Positions 35,605 through 44,824 are shown, numbered from the stretch's first letter. The stretch is 64,000 bases of DNA from Rhodopseudomonas sp. (GCA_016124795.1 WGNB01000052.1:4008-68007), one strand, 5' to 3'. Translations and numbers: made by a program. The notes: generated from the sequence alone by a model not told the origin.

Positions 35605-36348
35605 ATGACGACTGCCATGACAACCGCCATGACGACCTTGGCCGCGACGCCATCCTACGACACCGCGCTCGTGCTGTTTTCCGGCGGGCAGGACTCCACC
35701 GTTTGTCTCGCCTGGGCGTTGGAGCGCTTCGCCCGGGTCGAGACGGTCGGCTTCGATTATGGCCAGCGCCATATCGTCGAGATGGAAGTCCGGCCGCGGC
35801 TGCGCGCGCGGATGGCGGCGTTAAAACCCGAATGGGGGGACCGGCTCGGCGATGACCACCGGATCTCGCTCGACGCCCTGGCCGCGATTTCCGACACCGC
35901 GCTGACCCGCGACACCGAAATCGCCTTCGCCGAAACCGGCCTGCCGAATACTTTCGTGCCGGCGCGCAATCTGATTTTCATCACATTCGCCGGTGCGCTC
36001 GCCTATCGGCGCGGCGCCCGCGCCATCGTCGCTGGCATGTGCGAAACCGACTATTCGGGCTACCCCGACTGTCGCGACGACACCGTCAAGGCGATGCAGG
36101 TCGCGCTCAGCCTCGGGCTCGACAAGCGGGTCACCATCCATACCCCGCTGATGTGGATCGACAAGGCCGACACTTTCGCGCTGGCACGCGAAATCGGGGG
36201 CCAGCCATTCCTCGATCTCGTTGTCGAGGAGAGCCATAGCTGCTACTTGGGCGACCGCACGCAGCGTCACGCTTGGGGCTATGGCTGCGGCACCTGTCCG
36301 GCCTGCCGCCTGCGCGCCGAAGGTTACATGAAATTCGCCGCGCGATGA
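35605..36348 (+). CDS. queC: 7-cyano-7-deazaguanine synthase
   Basis: PP-loop [10 protein letters not shown] and C-terminal zinc cysteines CYLG...[10 protein letters not shown]. Three in-frame ATGs lie 12 nt apart at the 5' end. Confidence 0.9.
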   Translation: MTTAMTTAMTTLAATPSYDTALVLFSGGQDSTVCLAWALERFARVETVGFDYGQRHIVEMEVRPRLRARMAALKPEWGDRLGDDHRISLDALAAISDTALTRDTEIAFAETGLPNTFVPARNLIFITFAGALAYRRGARAIVAGMCETDYSGYPDCRDDTVKAMQVALSLGLDKRVTIHTPLMWIDKADTFALAREIGGQPFLDLVVEESHSCYLGDRTQRHAWGYGCGTCPACRLRAEGYMKFAAR

Positions 36349-36379
36349 GGCGCGGTACCGATCCCTGCAAAACGGCTGA

Positions 36380-36949
36380 ATGACGATGACGAACGAACTC
36401 CGCAAGACGATCGAAGGCACCATCTTTCTGGTGCTGTTCTGCCTGACCATTCCGGCGGCGAACTGGATGATCGGCCATGTCGGCACGGTCTGTGTCCCGA
36501 ACGGCCCCTGCGTGCTGCCGGTGGCGCCCGGCATTCTCGCGCCGTCCGGCGTGCTGATGATCGGCGCGGCGCTGGTGTTGCGCGATCTGGTGCAGCGCCG
36601 GCTCGGCGTCGAATTCGGCATCGGCGCCATTCTGGCGGGCGCGGCGATTTCGGCGGCGCTGGCGCCGGCCGCGCTGGTGCTGGCCTCGGCGGTGGCGTTC
36701 CTGTTGTCGGAAGCCGCCGACTTCGCGATCTACACGCCGCTGGCGCGCCGCCGCCTGGTGCTGGCGGTGGTCGCCTCCAGCCTGGTCGGGCTGGTGGTGG
36801 ATTCGCTGGTGTTCCTGTGGCTGGCCTTCGGCTCGCTCGACTTCCTGCCGGGCCAGGTGCTCGGCAAAACCTGGATGGTGCTGCTGGCGATCCCGCTGGT
36901 CGCCTTTCTGCGTCGCCGCGATGAGCGGCTCGGCCTGTCAGCCGCTTAA
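36380..36949 (+). CDS. VUT-family (YhhQ-like) queuosine-precursor transporter candidate
   Basis: Multi-TM 189-aa protein with FLLSEAADFAIY and VVDSLVFL motifs recalled from the VUT/DUF165 family. Immediately downstream of queC. Confidence 0.6.
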   Translation: MTMTNELRKTIEGTIFLVLFCLTIPAANWMIGHVGTVCVPNGPCVLPVAPGILAPSGVLMIGAALVLRDLVQRRLGVEFGIGAILAGAAISAALAPAALVLASAVAFLLSEAADFAIYTPLARRRLVLAVVASSLVGLVVDSLVFLWLAFGSLDFLPGQVLGKTWMVLLAIPLVAFLRRRDERLGLSAA

Positions 36950-36974
36950 CCCTTCGCGTTCCTTTGAGGACTTC

Positions 36975-37670
36975 ATGACCACCGCCATCGAAAAACTGCG
37001 CAAGATCACAACCGGCACCATCACCACGATGCTGCTCAAGAAGGGCATTCGCCATGCCTGGATGGCCGGCGCCATGCCGTTCGGCTTTTCCGGCAAGCGC
37101 GTGGTCGGTCCAGCCTTCACCTTGCGCTTCGTGCCGGTGCGCGAGGATCTGGCGACGCCGGCGAGCTGGTCGAACCCGATCTCGACCCGCTCGGCGATCG
37201 AGGCAATGCCGGAAGGCTGCGTTGTCGTCGCCGATGCCATGGGCGTGACCGGGGCTGGCATCTTCGGCGACATTCTCTGCATGCGCATGGTCAAGCGCGG
37301 CGTTGCCGGGCTGATTACCGACGGTGTGATGCGCGACAAGCCCGGCGTCATCGCCACCGGCCTGCCGCTGTGGTGCCAGGGCGTGGCCGCGCCGGCGTCC
37401 GTCAATCAACTGACCTTCGTCGGCTGGAACGAACCGATCGGCTGCGGCGGCTGCGCGATCTTCCCCGGCGACATGATCGTTGCCGATGACGATGGCGCGG
37501 TGGTGATCCCGGCCGATCTGGTCGACTTCGTCGCAAGCGAAGGCGAAGAACACGAATTGCTGGAAACCTGGCTGGTGCAGGAAGTCGAGAAGGGCGAGAA
37601 GCTGCCCGGTCTCTATCCGCCGAACGAAGAGAACAAGAAGCGCTACGAGGACTGGAAGAAGTCGCGCTAG
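36975..37670 (+). CDS. RraA-family protein (RraA / 4-hydroxy-4-methyl-2-oxoglutarate aldolase-like)
   Basis: VVVADAMGVTGAGIFGDILCMRMVKRGVAGLITDGVMRD is typical of the family. Start set at ATG 36975 with a GAGGA RBS. Confidence 0.7.
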   Translation: MTTAIEKLRKITTGTITTMLLKKGIRHAWMAGAMPFGFSGKRVVGPAFTLRFVPVREDLATPASWSNPISTRSAIEAMPEGCVVVADAMGVTGAGIFGDILCMRMVKRGVAGLITDGVMRDKPGVIATGLPLWCQGVAAPASVNQLTFVGWNEPIGCGGCAIFPGDMIVADDDGAVVIPADLVDFVASEGEEHELLETWLVQEVEKGEKLPGLYPPNEENKKRYEDWKKSR

Positions 37671-37721
37671 TCCGGCGCCCCACGCAGCCGCGCCGGTCCG
37701 GCGCAACGCAAAGCGGATGGC

Positions 37722-38513
37722 ATGTTCTTCATTCTGTCCAAGACCGTCGCGGTGGTGGTGCAGCCATCCAATCTGATCGTGATCGTCATCGGGGTCGGTT
37801 TGCTGCTGATGGTGACGCGCTGGCGGCGCGCCGGCCGCAGGCTGGCGGTGGCCGGCGGCGTGATGCTGGCGATGGCCGGGTTTTTGCCGCTCGGCGCCAT
37901 GCTCGACCACGTTCTGGAGAATCGTTTCCCGCCGTGGGACCCCGCGCGTGGCGCGCCGGATGGCATCGTCGTGCTCGGCGGCGCGATCTCACCGGAATTG
38001 TCGCGCATCTTCGGCTGGCCGGTGGTCAACGCCGACGCCGGTCGTGTCTTCGCGATCGCGCGGCTGGCCCGCGCCTATCCGAAAGCGCGCATCATCTATT
38101 CCGGCGGCGACGCCAGTCTGCGCGGCAACAAGACCGCCGAGGCCGATTACCTTCTGCCGCTGCTCGACAGTTTCGGCATCGCCCGCGATCGGGTGACGCT
38201 TGAAGCGCGCTCGCGCAACACCGCCGAGAATGCCGCCTTCAGCAAGGCGATCGCTCAACCCAAAGCGGGCGAACGCTGGCTGCTGGTCACATCGGCTCAG
38301 CACATGCCGCGCGCCATCGGTTGCTTCCGGCGTGTCGGTTTCGCCGTCGAAGCCTATCCGGTCGCGTGGCATAGCGGCCCGAAGATCGGCTATCGACCGA
38401 GCTTGCAGTTCGGCAGCAATCTGGCGCGCCTCGACAATGCCGCCAACGCCTGGATCGGGCTGCTGGCTTATTGGGTGACAGGGCGGACATCGCAGTTTCT
38501 ACCGTCGCCCTGA
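37722..38513 (+). CDS. YdcF-family (DUF218) protein
   Basis: N-terminal TM segments, GIVVLGGA and IIYSGG motifs, LLVTSAQHMPRA. Confidence 0.7.
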   Translation: MFFILSKTVAVVVQPSNLIVIVIGVGLLLMVTRWRRAGRRLAVAGGVMLAMAGFLPLGAMLDHVLENRFPPWDPARGAPDGIVVLGGAISPELSRIFGWPVVNADAGRVFAIARLARAYPKARIIYSGGDASLRGNKTAEADYLLPLLDSFGIARDRVTLEARSRNTAENAAFSKAIAQPKAGERWLLVTSAQHMPRAIGCFRRVGFAVEAYPVAWHSGPKIGYRPSLQFGSNLARLDNAANAWIGLLAYWVTGRTSQFLPSP

Positions 38514-38568
38514 TCGCGCGCGGTATCCGGTGAAGCGGCGCTTTGGCCGCATCCGGCCCGTGCTTTGA

Positions 38569-38586
38569 TTGTCACCGCATTGTCAT
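38569..38586 (+). promoter_or_regulatory. Pho-box-like tandem direct repeat
   Basis: TTGTCAC-cgca-TTGTCAT is two 7-bp direct repeats with an 11-bp period (E. coli Pho box: CTGTCAT-N4-CTGTCAT). TACACT follows 5 nt downstream. Confidence 0.35.
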
Positions 38587-38701
38587 CGCTTTACACTTTT
38601 TCTCATCGGGGCGATTCGTGTGCCCGGGTTCGTGTCGCCGCTGTTCGCGCACCATCCATGTTGCTTTCATGTGATGCCTTTGCCGCAAAGGAAACCCGCC
38701 A

Positions 38702-38890
38702 ATGGCAATGTCCTCTTTCTTCCGCAATGACAGACACGGGCCCAATCGTTTGGCCGGCCTTCGTCTCATTGATCGGTTCGGTTTAGGCGCCGACCACCCG
38801 ATCCGTGATGAGCAGACCGTGACGGTGGTTGCGCTCGTTATCGGCGTCACCGTCGTGGTCGCCGTTGCGATCCTGATCGGGATGACCTGA
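38702..38890 (+). CDS. Small hypothetical membrane protein (62 aa)
   Basis: AAGGAAA lies 8 nt upstream of the ATG. C-terminal TM helix VVALVIGVTVVVAVAILIG. No homology recognisable. Confidence 0.25.
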   Translation: MAMSSFFRNDRHGPNRLAGLRLIDRFGLGADHPIRDEQTVTVVALVIGVTVVVAVAILIGMT

Positions 38891-38912
38891 CGCGGCGGGG
38901 GACGACGCCGCT

Positions 38913-39626
38913 TTATCGGGTCTTGGCGGTGTCGGTTCCGATTGGATCGGCGTCGAAGGCCATGCGCGACACCGAATTGAATTGCCGTCGCCACATCACG
39001 ATCAAGACGCCGGTGGTGCTCAGCGCCAGTTCGGCGGGCCCGAGAAACCAGCCGAGATAGCCGAGCGCGAAGAAGAACGCGCGTTGGCCGCGATTGAAGT
39101 GCAGGCCGGCGTCGGCGCAGAGCCGGGTGGCGCGGTGAACGAAGGCGCGCGCCGCCGCCGTATCCTTCTCGGCCGCCGGCGGCGCCGCGCCGATCATGAT
39201 GGCGAGATAATTGAATAGCCGATACGACCAGGCGAATTTGAAGAAGGCATAGACGAAGATCACGGCGAGCCCGACGACCTTCAATTCCCACATCGCCGGG
39301 GTCGTCGGCACACTCAACGGCAGCGCCGCGATCACCGTCATGATCTGCTCGCTGGCCCGCAGCAGCGACAGCGTGCCGCCGATCGCGATCAGGCTGGTGG
39401 AGGCGAAAAACGCCGTCCCGTTCTGCAAGGCTGCGGTGACCTGCGAATCGACGATGCGGACCTCGCGCGCGATCATCTGGTCCATCCAGTTTTCGCGCAC
39501 GCCGTTCATCAAGGCGTTGAGGCCGGCGCTGCCTTTGCCGGTCTTCTCGATGATCAGCGAATAGACGATCCAACTGGCGACAAACCACCCGAGCGCCAGA
39601 TTGTCGGGCAAGGTAAAGGAAAGCAT
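38913..39626 (-). CDS. DUF599-family membrane protein
   Basis: MLSFTLPDNLALGWFVASWIVYSLIIE...RENWMDQMIAREVRIVDSQV matches my recollection of DUF599. Confidence 0.6.
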   Translation of the reverse strand: MLSFTLPDNLALGWFVASWIVYSLIIEKTGKGSAGLNALMNGVRENWMDQMIAREVRIVDSQVTAALQNGTAFFASTSLIAIGGTLSLLRASEQIMTVIAALPLSVPTTPAMWELKVVGLAVIFVYAFFKFAWSYRLFNYLAIMIGAAPPAAEKDTAAARAFVHRATRLCADAGLHFNRGQRAFFFALGYLGWFLGPAELALSTTGVLIVMWRRQFNSVSRMAFDADPIGTDTAKTR

Positions 39627-39736
39627 GGGGCGGCGTCCTCGAAAGAAGCGATGGTGCCTGCTTGTCGCGCGCCCGACAACCCGGCAAGATCGGCTGTCAC
39701 CACGATTGACGAACAGAAAATCAGGACCGCAAGACC

Positions 39737-40162
39737 ATGCCGCAGACCATTACCACCGGCGCCAAAGCGATGTGCGAAGCCGCCGAACGCGAAATCGAGA
39801 CCCTGGCGGTGGAAGACGCGGTCAAGCTCGCCGGCAAGGAGGATGTCGTGCTGGTGGATATCCGCGACATCCGGGAATTGCAGCGCGAGGGCAAGGTGCC
39901 GGGGGCCTTTCATTGTCCGCGTGGCATGCTGGAATTCTGGATCGACCCGGACAGCTCCTATCACAAGCCGGTTTTCGCGCAGGACAAGAAGTTCGTGTTC
40001 TTCTGCGCCGGCGGGATGCGTTCGGCGCTCGCCGCCCAGACCGCGCACCGCATGGGCCTGAAGCCGGTCGCCCATATCCGCGGCGGCTTCGGCGCCTGGA
40101 AGAAAGCCGGTGGTCCGGTCGATGCGCCCGAGACCATGCCGGGCGAGGGCCGCAAGGCCTGA
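39737..40162 (+). CDS. Rhodanese-domain sulfurtransferase
   Basis: Active-site loop FFCAGGMRSA; 141 aa. Confidence 0.8.
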   Translation: MPQTITTGAKAMCEAAEREIETLAVEDAVKLAGKEDVVLVDIRDIRELQREGKVPGAFHCPRGMLEFWIDPDSSYHKPVFAQDKKFVFFCAGGMRSALAAQTAHRMGLKPVAHIRGGFGAWKKAGGPVDAPETMPGEGRKA

Positions 40163-40270
40163 CCGCGAAACATTCGCCGGCCTGCTGGCCGCCATCAGAT
40201 TTTTTGGTTGGCGGCGGCGCCGGCGCTGCGGCAGCTTAAGCGATACACGGATATTCGGGAGTGGGCGGCT

Positions 40271-40963
40271 ATGGCGCTGACGCTGGTCATCGGTAACAAG
40301 AACTATTCGTCCTGGTCGCTGCGACCGTGGATCGCGATGAAGGCCGCCGGCATTGCCTTCGACGAGGTCGTGATCCCGCTCTATGAGCCGGGCAGCGCCG
40401 AAGAGATCGCGAAATATTCTCCGGCCGGCAAGGTGCCGATCCTGATCGACGGCGATTGGGCGGTGTGGGACTCGATCGCGATCCTCGAATATCTCGCCGA
40501 GCGTTTTCCGGATGCCGGGCTGTGGCCGGCCGATCCGCGCGCCCGCGCTCTGGCGCGCTCGGTGTCGGCGGAGATGCATGGCGGCTTCCAGCCGTTGCGG
40601 CAGGCCTGCACGATGAATCTGTGGTTGCCGGTCAAGGCGCGCCCGCAATCCGAAGCGGTGCTGGCCAATGTCGCGCGCATCGATGCTTTGTGGTGCGACT
40701 GCCGCGCCCGGTTCGGACAGAAGGCTGGCGGTCCGTTCCTGTTCGGCACCTTCGGGGCGGCCGACGCGATGTATGCGCCGGTGGTCGCGCGCTTTCACAC
40801 TTATGGTCTGCCGGTGAGCGCCACCGCGCGGGCCTACATGGATGCGGTGATGGCGACATCGGCGTGGCGTGAATGGTACGACGCGGCGATGCAGGAAACC
40901 TGGATCATGCAGCACAATGAGCCGGACTGGCCATTGGTGCGCGGCGTGCCGGTTTCACCATGA
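40271..40963 (+). CDS. Glutathione S-transferase family protein
   Basis: LVIGNKNYSSWSLRPW N-terminus (YfcF/Nu-like) with GKVPILIDGDWAVWDSIAILEYL. Start set at ATG 40271. Confidence 0.8.
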   Translation: MALTLVIGNKNYSSWSLRPWIAMKAAGIAFDEVVIPLYEPGSAEEIAKYSPAGKVPILIDGDWAVWDSIAILEYLAERFPDAGLWPADPRARALARSVSAEMHGGFQPLRQACTMNLWLPVKARPQSEAVLANVARIDALWCDCRARFGQKAGGPFLFGTFGAADAMYAPVVARFHTYGLPVSATARAYMDAVMATSAWREWYDAAMQETWIMQHNEPDWPLVRGVPVSP

Positions 40964-41298
40964 TGAATTAAGCTTGCGTTGACGGTTGTCGCGCGGCCGC
41001 GCCATGCATCCTGTCGATGCATTCGTTAGCGCATGCATGAGCTGGTGCATCGCAATTGCTTACATGAACTAATTTTCATGTATCGTATTTGAGTCAGCGT
41101 TATCGGCATCTTTGAAGCATTGCGCGAGGTGAGGGCGTTGTCTCCGACGTCAAACGTGGCGACGCCTCCGCATTTTTGTCAAATTTGTGAGTGACACCGC
41201 CGTCGTCTTATCACGACGTTCGTCGTGTTTTCACACCGGGGGCGGCATCATCTGTGGGGTTCTCTCGTCAACGAGAGCCCGACACGGAGCAGCTTGCC

Positions 41299-42477
41299 AT
41301 GAAATATCGATATCCCGCTCTTGCCGTTTCCCTCTGTGTTGCCATGGCCGCTTTTTCGGCCGCCAGTTACGCCGCCGACGGCGCCAGCCCCGATGTCAAA
41401 GGCCTTTATCTGCTGAGCGACTATCCGGCGATCTCGGTGCAGGCCGGCACGACGACGACGGTCAATCTCAAACTGCGCAATTACGACATGGCGCCGCAAC
41501 GGCTGGCCTTGTCGGTGTCGGGCGTGCCGAAAGGCTGGACCGCGACGCTGCTCGGCGGTGGCCAGCCGATCGAAGCGGCGATGCCGGCCTCCGACGACAG
41601 CGTGTCGCTGGCGTTGCGCCTCGATGTGCCGAAGGATGCCGGCGTCGGTTCGCATACGTTGACGGTGAGCGCCGACGGCGCAACCTCGCACATCAGTCTT
41701 CCCGTCGCGGTGACGCTCGCCAAGCAATTGCCGGCCAAGCTCTCGGTGTCGTCGCAACTGCCCGAGCTGCGCGGATCGAGCAAATCGGATTTCGAATACA
41801 CCTTCACCATCAAGAACGACAGCGGCCAGAAACTGCTGGTCAGCCTCGCCGCGCAAGCGCCGCGCAATTTCGACACGGCCTTTACCCAGGCCTATGGCAG
41901 CCAGCAATTGACCGCGATCCCGGTCGAGGCTGGCAAGACCAAGGACGTCAAGCTCAAGGTGACGCCGCCCGATAACGTTGACGCCGGCCATTATCCCGTG
42001 ACCGTCAAGGTCGCCGCCGACGATGCCAGCGCCGACGCCAAGGTCGCGCTCGACATCTCCGGGCAGCCCAAGCTGTCGCTGGCCGGCCGCGATGGTCTGC
42101 TGAGCGCGCGCGCCACCGCCGGCAAGGATTCGACGGTGCCGGTGACGGTGACGAATGACGGCACCGCGCCGGCCGAGAACATCAAGCTGTCGGGCACGGC
42201 GCCGAGCGGCTGGAAGGTGACGTTCCAGCCCAAGGTGGTCGAACGTATCGCGCCGAACCAGCACGTCGACGTCCAGGCGACGATCACGCCGCCGAGCCAG
42301 GCGATTGCCGGCGACTACGTCACCACCCTGAACGCCTCGACGCATGGCGAAAACGGCACCGCCAATTTCCGCGTCTCGGTCACGACCTCGACCGTCTGGG
42401 GCATCGCCGGGGCCGGCATTATCGGCGCCGCCTTGCTGATCATGGTTGGCGCGGTCGCGCGCTTTGGCCGCCGCTGA
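41299..42477 (+). CDS. NEW3-domain (COG1470-like) secreted protein with C-terminal membrane anchor
   Basis: Signal MKYRYPALAVSLCVAMAAFSAASYA. Repeated Ig-like modules (GHYPVTVKV, GDYVTTLNA). C-terminal TM GIAGAGIIGAALLIMVGAV. Start set at ATG 41299. Confidence 0.5.
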   Translation: MKYRYPALAVSLCVAMAAFSAASYAADGASPDVKGLYLLSDYPAISVQAGTTTTVNLKLRNYDMAPQRLALSVSGVPKGWTATLLGGGQPIEAAMPASDDSVSLALRLDVPKDAGVGSHTLTVSADGATSHISLPVAVTLAKQLPAKLSVSSQLPELRGSSKSDFEYTFTIKNDSGQKLLVSLAAQAPRNFDTAFTQAYGSQQLTAIPVEAGKTKDVKLKVTPPDNVDAGHYPVTVKVAADDASADAKVALDISGQPKLSLAGRDGLLSARATAGKDSTVPVTVTNDGTAPAENIKLSGTAPSGWKVTFQPKVVERIAPNQHVDVQATITPPSQAIAGDYVTTLNASTHGENGTANFRVSVTTSTVWGIAGAGIIGAALLIMVGAVARFGRR

Positions 42478-42488
42478 CGGGGGTCGCC

Positions 42489-43508
42489 ATGAACGCACCC
42501 ACGCCAAACCCCGTTACGGCCAACGGGCAACCGCACCTCGGCAATGTGATCGAGGCCAAGGGCCTGACCAAGCGTTACGGCGAGACCATCGCCGTCAACG
42601 ACATCACCTTCAACGTCGGCGCCGGCGAAATCTTCGGGTTGCTCGGCCCGAACGGCGCCGGCAAGACCACCACCATCCTGATGCTGCTCGGCTTGAGCGA
42701 CATCAGCGCCGGGCAGGCGCGGGTATTCGGGCATGACCCGATGCGCGATCCGCTCAGCGTCAAGCGGCGGGTCGGTTATCTGCCGGATACGGTCGGCTTC
42801 TACGACAATCTCAGCGCCGCCGATAACCTGCATTACACCGCCCGGCTGATGGGCATGGCCCGCGAGGAGCGCTTTCGCAAGATCGCCGCCGCGCTCAATC
42901 GCGTCGGCCTGAGCGAAGTCGCCAACAAGAAAGTCGGCGCCTTCTCGCGTGGCATGCGCCAGCGTCTCGGGCTCGCCGAGATCGTGATGAAGGATGCGCG
43001 CATCGCCATCCTCGACGAACCGACCAACGGCCTCGATCCGCAGGCCAGTCTCGAACTGCTCGAACTGATCCGCGGTTTCAAGGCGGACGGCATCAGCGTG
43101 GTGATCTCGTCGCATCTGCTCGACCGGGTGCAGAGCATCTGCGACCGGGTGGCGTTGTTCAATGCCGGGCGCATCGCGCTGCTCGGCACCGTCGGCGAAC
43201 TCGGCCGTCAGGTGCTCGGTGGCGGCTATGCGGTGGAAGTCGAGGCCGATGGCGGCGTCAATCTGGCCAAGCGGCTATCGGCTCTGCCCGGTGTCCGTCA
43301 TGTCAGTGAGCCGGCGGCGGGCCGTTTCCGCATCGTCTGCGACAGCGACCTGCGCGCCGAGGCGGCGGGCGAGGTGGTGGCCGGCGGCGGGAGGCTCACG
43401 CAACTGTCGCTCGACCGGCCGAGTCTGGAGACGATCTACACCCGCTATTTCCAGACCGCGCAAAGCCCGAACCAGGATGCCAGCCGGGAGGTGCCCCATG
43501 CCGCGTAA
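42489..43508 (+). CDS. ABC transporter ATP-binding protein (ABC-2 type)
   Basis: Walker A GPNGAGKTT, signature FSRGMRQR, Walker B IAILDEPT. Confidence 0.9.
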   Translation: MNAPTPNPVTANGQPHLGNVIEAKGLTKRYGETIAVNDITFNVGAGEIFGLLGPNGAGKTTTILMLLGLSDISAGQARVFGHDPMRDPLSVKRRVGYLPDTVGFYDNLSAADNLHYTARLMGMAREERFRKIAAALNRVGLSEVANKKVGAFSRGMRQRLGLAEIVMKDARIAILDEPTNGLDPQASLELLELIRGFKADGISVVISSHLLDRVQSICDRVALFNAGRIALLGTVGELGRQVLGGGYAVEVEADGGVNLAKRLSALPGVRHVSEPAAGRFRIVCDSDLRAEAAGEVVAGGGRLTQLSLDRPSLETIYTRYFQTAQSPNQDASREVPHAA

Positions 43509-44448
43509 TGGATCGCGAGAAGGCTCGGCCTTTCACGGCCTCGGGGTGGTGACGCTCAAGGAACTGTCCGACCACTTCGCCAGCGCCCGCATGCGGGTGC
43601 TGGAATGGCTGGTGGTGCTGGTGGCGCTTGCCGCCGTCTATGGCGCCATCCAGCAGATCCGGGCGGTGACGGCGGAGGACCCGTTTTTGTTCCTGCGACT
43701 GTTCACCACCGCGCGCGAACCGTTGCCATCCTTTACCGCCTTCCTCGGCTTTCTGGTGCCGTTGATGGCGATCGGTCTCGGCTTCGACGCGGTCAATGGC
43801 GAGCATAACCGGCGGACCCTGTCGCGCATCCTGTCGCAGCCGATCTATCGCGACGCGCTGCTGTTCGGCAAATTCCTGGCCGGCATGGCGACGATGTCGA
43901 TCAGCCTGGTGGCGTTGTGGCTCCTGGTGATCGGACTCGGACTGATCACCCTCGGCGTGCCGCCGGGTGGCGAGGAGATGGGCCGCGCGCTCTGCTTCCT
44001 GCTGGTGACCATCGCTTATGCCGGTGTGTGGCTGGCGCTGGCCATGCTGTTCTCGGTGACCTTCCGGTCGCCGGCAACGGCCGCATTGGTGACGCTCGGG
44101 CTCTGGCTGTTCGTCACCTTGATCTGGCCGGCTCTGGCGCCGGCGATCGCGCAAGCCTTGTTGCCGAACGGCGACGAAGCGACGCTGGTCATCACCGCGC
44201 AGGCCTTGTCGCGGCTGTCGCCGTCGACGCTCTATGCCGAGTCGGTGCTGGCGATCCTGCATCCGGCGACGCGCTCGCTCGGGCCGGTCTATGTCAGCCA
44301 GTTGCAGGGCGCGTTGATGGGCTCGCCCTTGCCGTTGTGGGACAGCCTGATGGTGGCCTGGCCGCAGATCGTCGGCCTGATCGCCGGCAGCATCATCCTG
44401 TTCGTTGGCGGCTATGTCGCGTTTCAACGACAAGAGGTGAGGGCCTAG
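43498..44448 (+). CDS. ABC-2 family transporter permease
   Basis: Six-TM-like protein. ATG 43498 overlaps the ATPase stop by 11 nt. The ORF-track start at 43162 lies inside the ATPase gene and is rejected. Confidence 0.7.
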   Translation: MPRNGSREGSAFHGLGVVTLKELSDHFASARMRVLEWLVVLVALAAVYGAIQQIRAVTAEDPFLFLRLFTTAREPLPSFTAFLGFLVPLMAIGLGFDAVNGEHNRRTLSRILSQPIYRDALLFGKFLAGMATMSISLVALWLLVIGLGLITLGVPPGGEEMGRALCFLLVTIAYAGVWLALAMLFSVTFRSPATAALVTLGLWLFVTLIWPALAPAIAQALLPNGDEATLVITAQALSRLSPSTLYAESVLAILHPATRSLGPVYVSQLQGALMGSPLPLWDSLMVAWPQIVGLIAGSIILFVGGYVAFQRQEVRA

Positions 44449-44479
44449 GACGCGACCGGGCCTGACATCACCGACAAAC

Positions 44480-44508
44480 AAAAAGCCCGGCGGTGTCGCC
44501 GGGCTTTT
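44480..44508. terminator. Bidirectional Rho-independent terminator
   Basis: AAAAAGCCCGGCG-gtgt-CGCCGGGCTTTT lies between the convergent ABC-2 permease and csbD genes. Confidence 0.7.
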
Positions 44509-44544
44509 CGCGTCTGGACTTGATCGGCTTTGTCTTGCTCGCGA

Positions 44545-44727
44545 TCAGTTGTCGACCGCTTCCTTGATGCTGTCCTTGAGGCCGCCGACGCTGTTCTGGA
44601 TCTTGCCGGCGACCTGATCGGCCTTGCCTTCGCCTTCGAGCTTGCTGTCGCCGGTCACCTTGCCGGCGACCTCCTTCACCTTGCCCTTGGCCTGTTCCAT
44701 GCTGCCTTCGATACGATCCTTGTTCAT
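44545..44727 (-). CDS. csbD: CsbD-family stress protein
   Basis: MNKDRIEGSMEQAKGKVKEVAGKVTGDSKLEGEGKADQVAGKIQN is a classic CsbD sequence. Start set at ATG 44727. Confidence 0.85.
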   Translation of the reverse strand: MNKDRIEGSMEQAKGKVKEVAGKVTGDSKLEGEGKADQVAGKIQNSVGGLKDSIKEAVDN

Positions 44728-44779
44728 CGTGTCCTCATGTCGGTTGTTGCTGTGAGTGTCGTGCGACGATCGCCAGTAC

Positions 44780-44804
44780 AACGCGCGATGACGTGGCTTG
44801 TTCC
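44780..44804 (-). promoter_or_regulatory. sigma-EcfG (general stress response) promoter motif upstream of csbD
   Basis: The minus strand reads GGAAC-aagccacgtcatcgcg-CGTT, an exact GGAAC-N16-CGTT, ending 52 nt upstream of the csbD ATG. Confidence 0.7.
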
Positions 44805-44824
44805 GGTGGACGCCGCACCGCGAC

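Noticed and set aside
36324-37910. 528-aa minus-strand ORF spanning the VUT, RraA-like and YdcF genes.
   Set aside because: It is antisense to three motif-supported plus-strand genes. Its product is Pro/Arg/Ala-rich low-complexity sequence.
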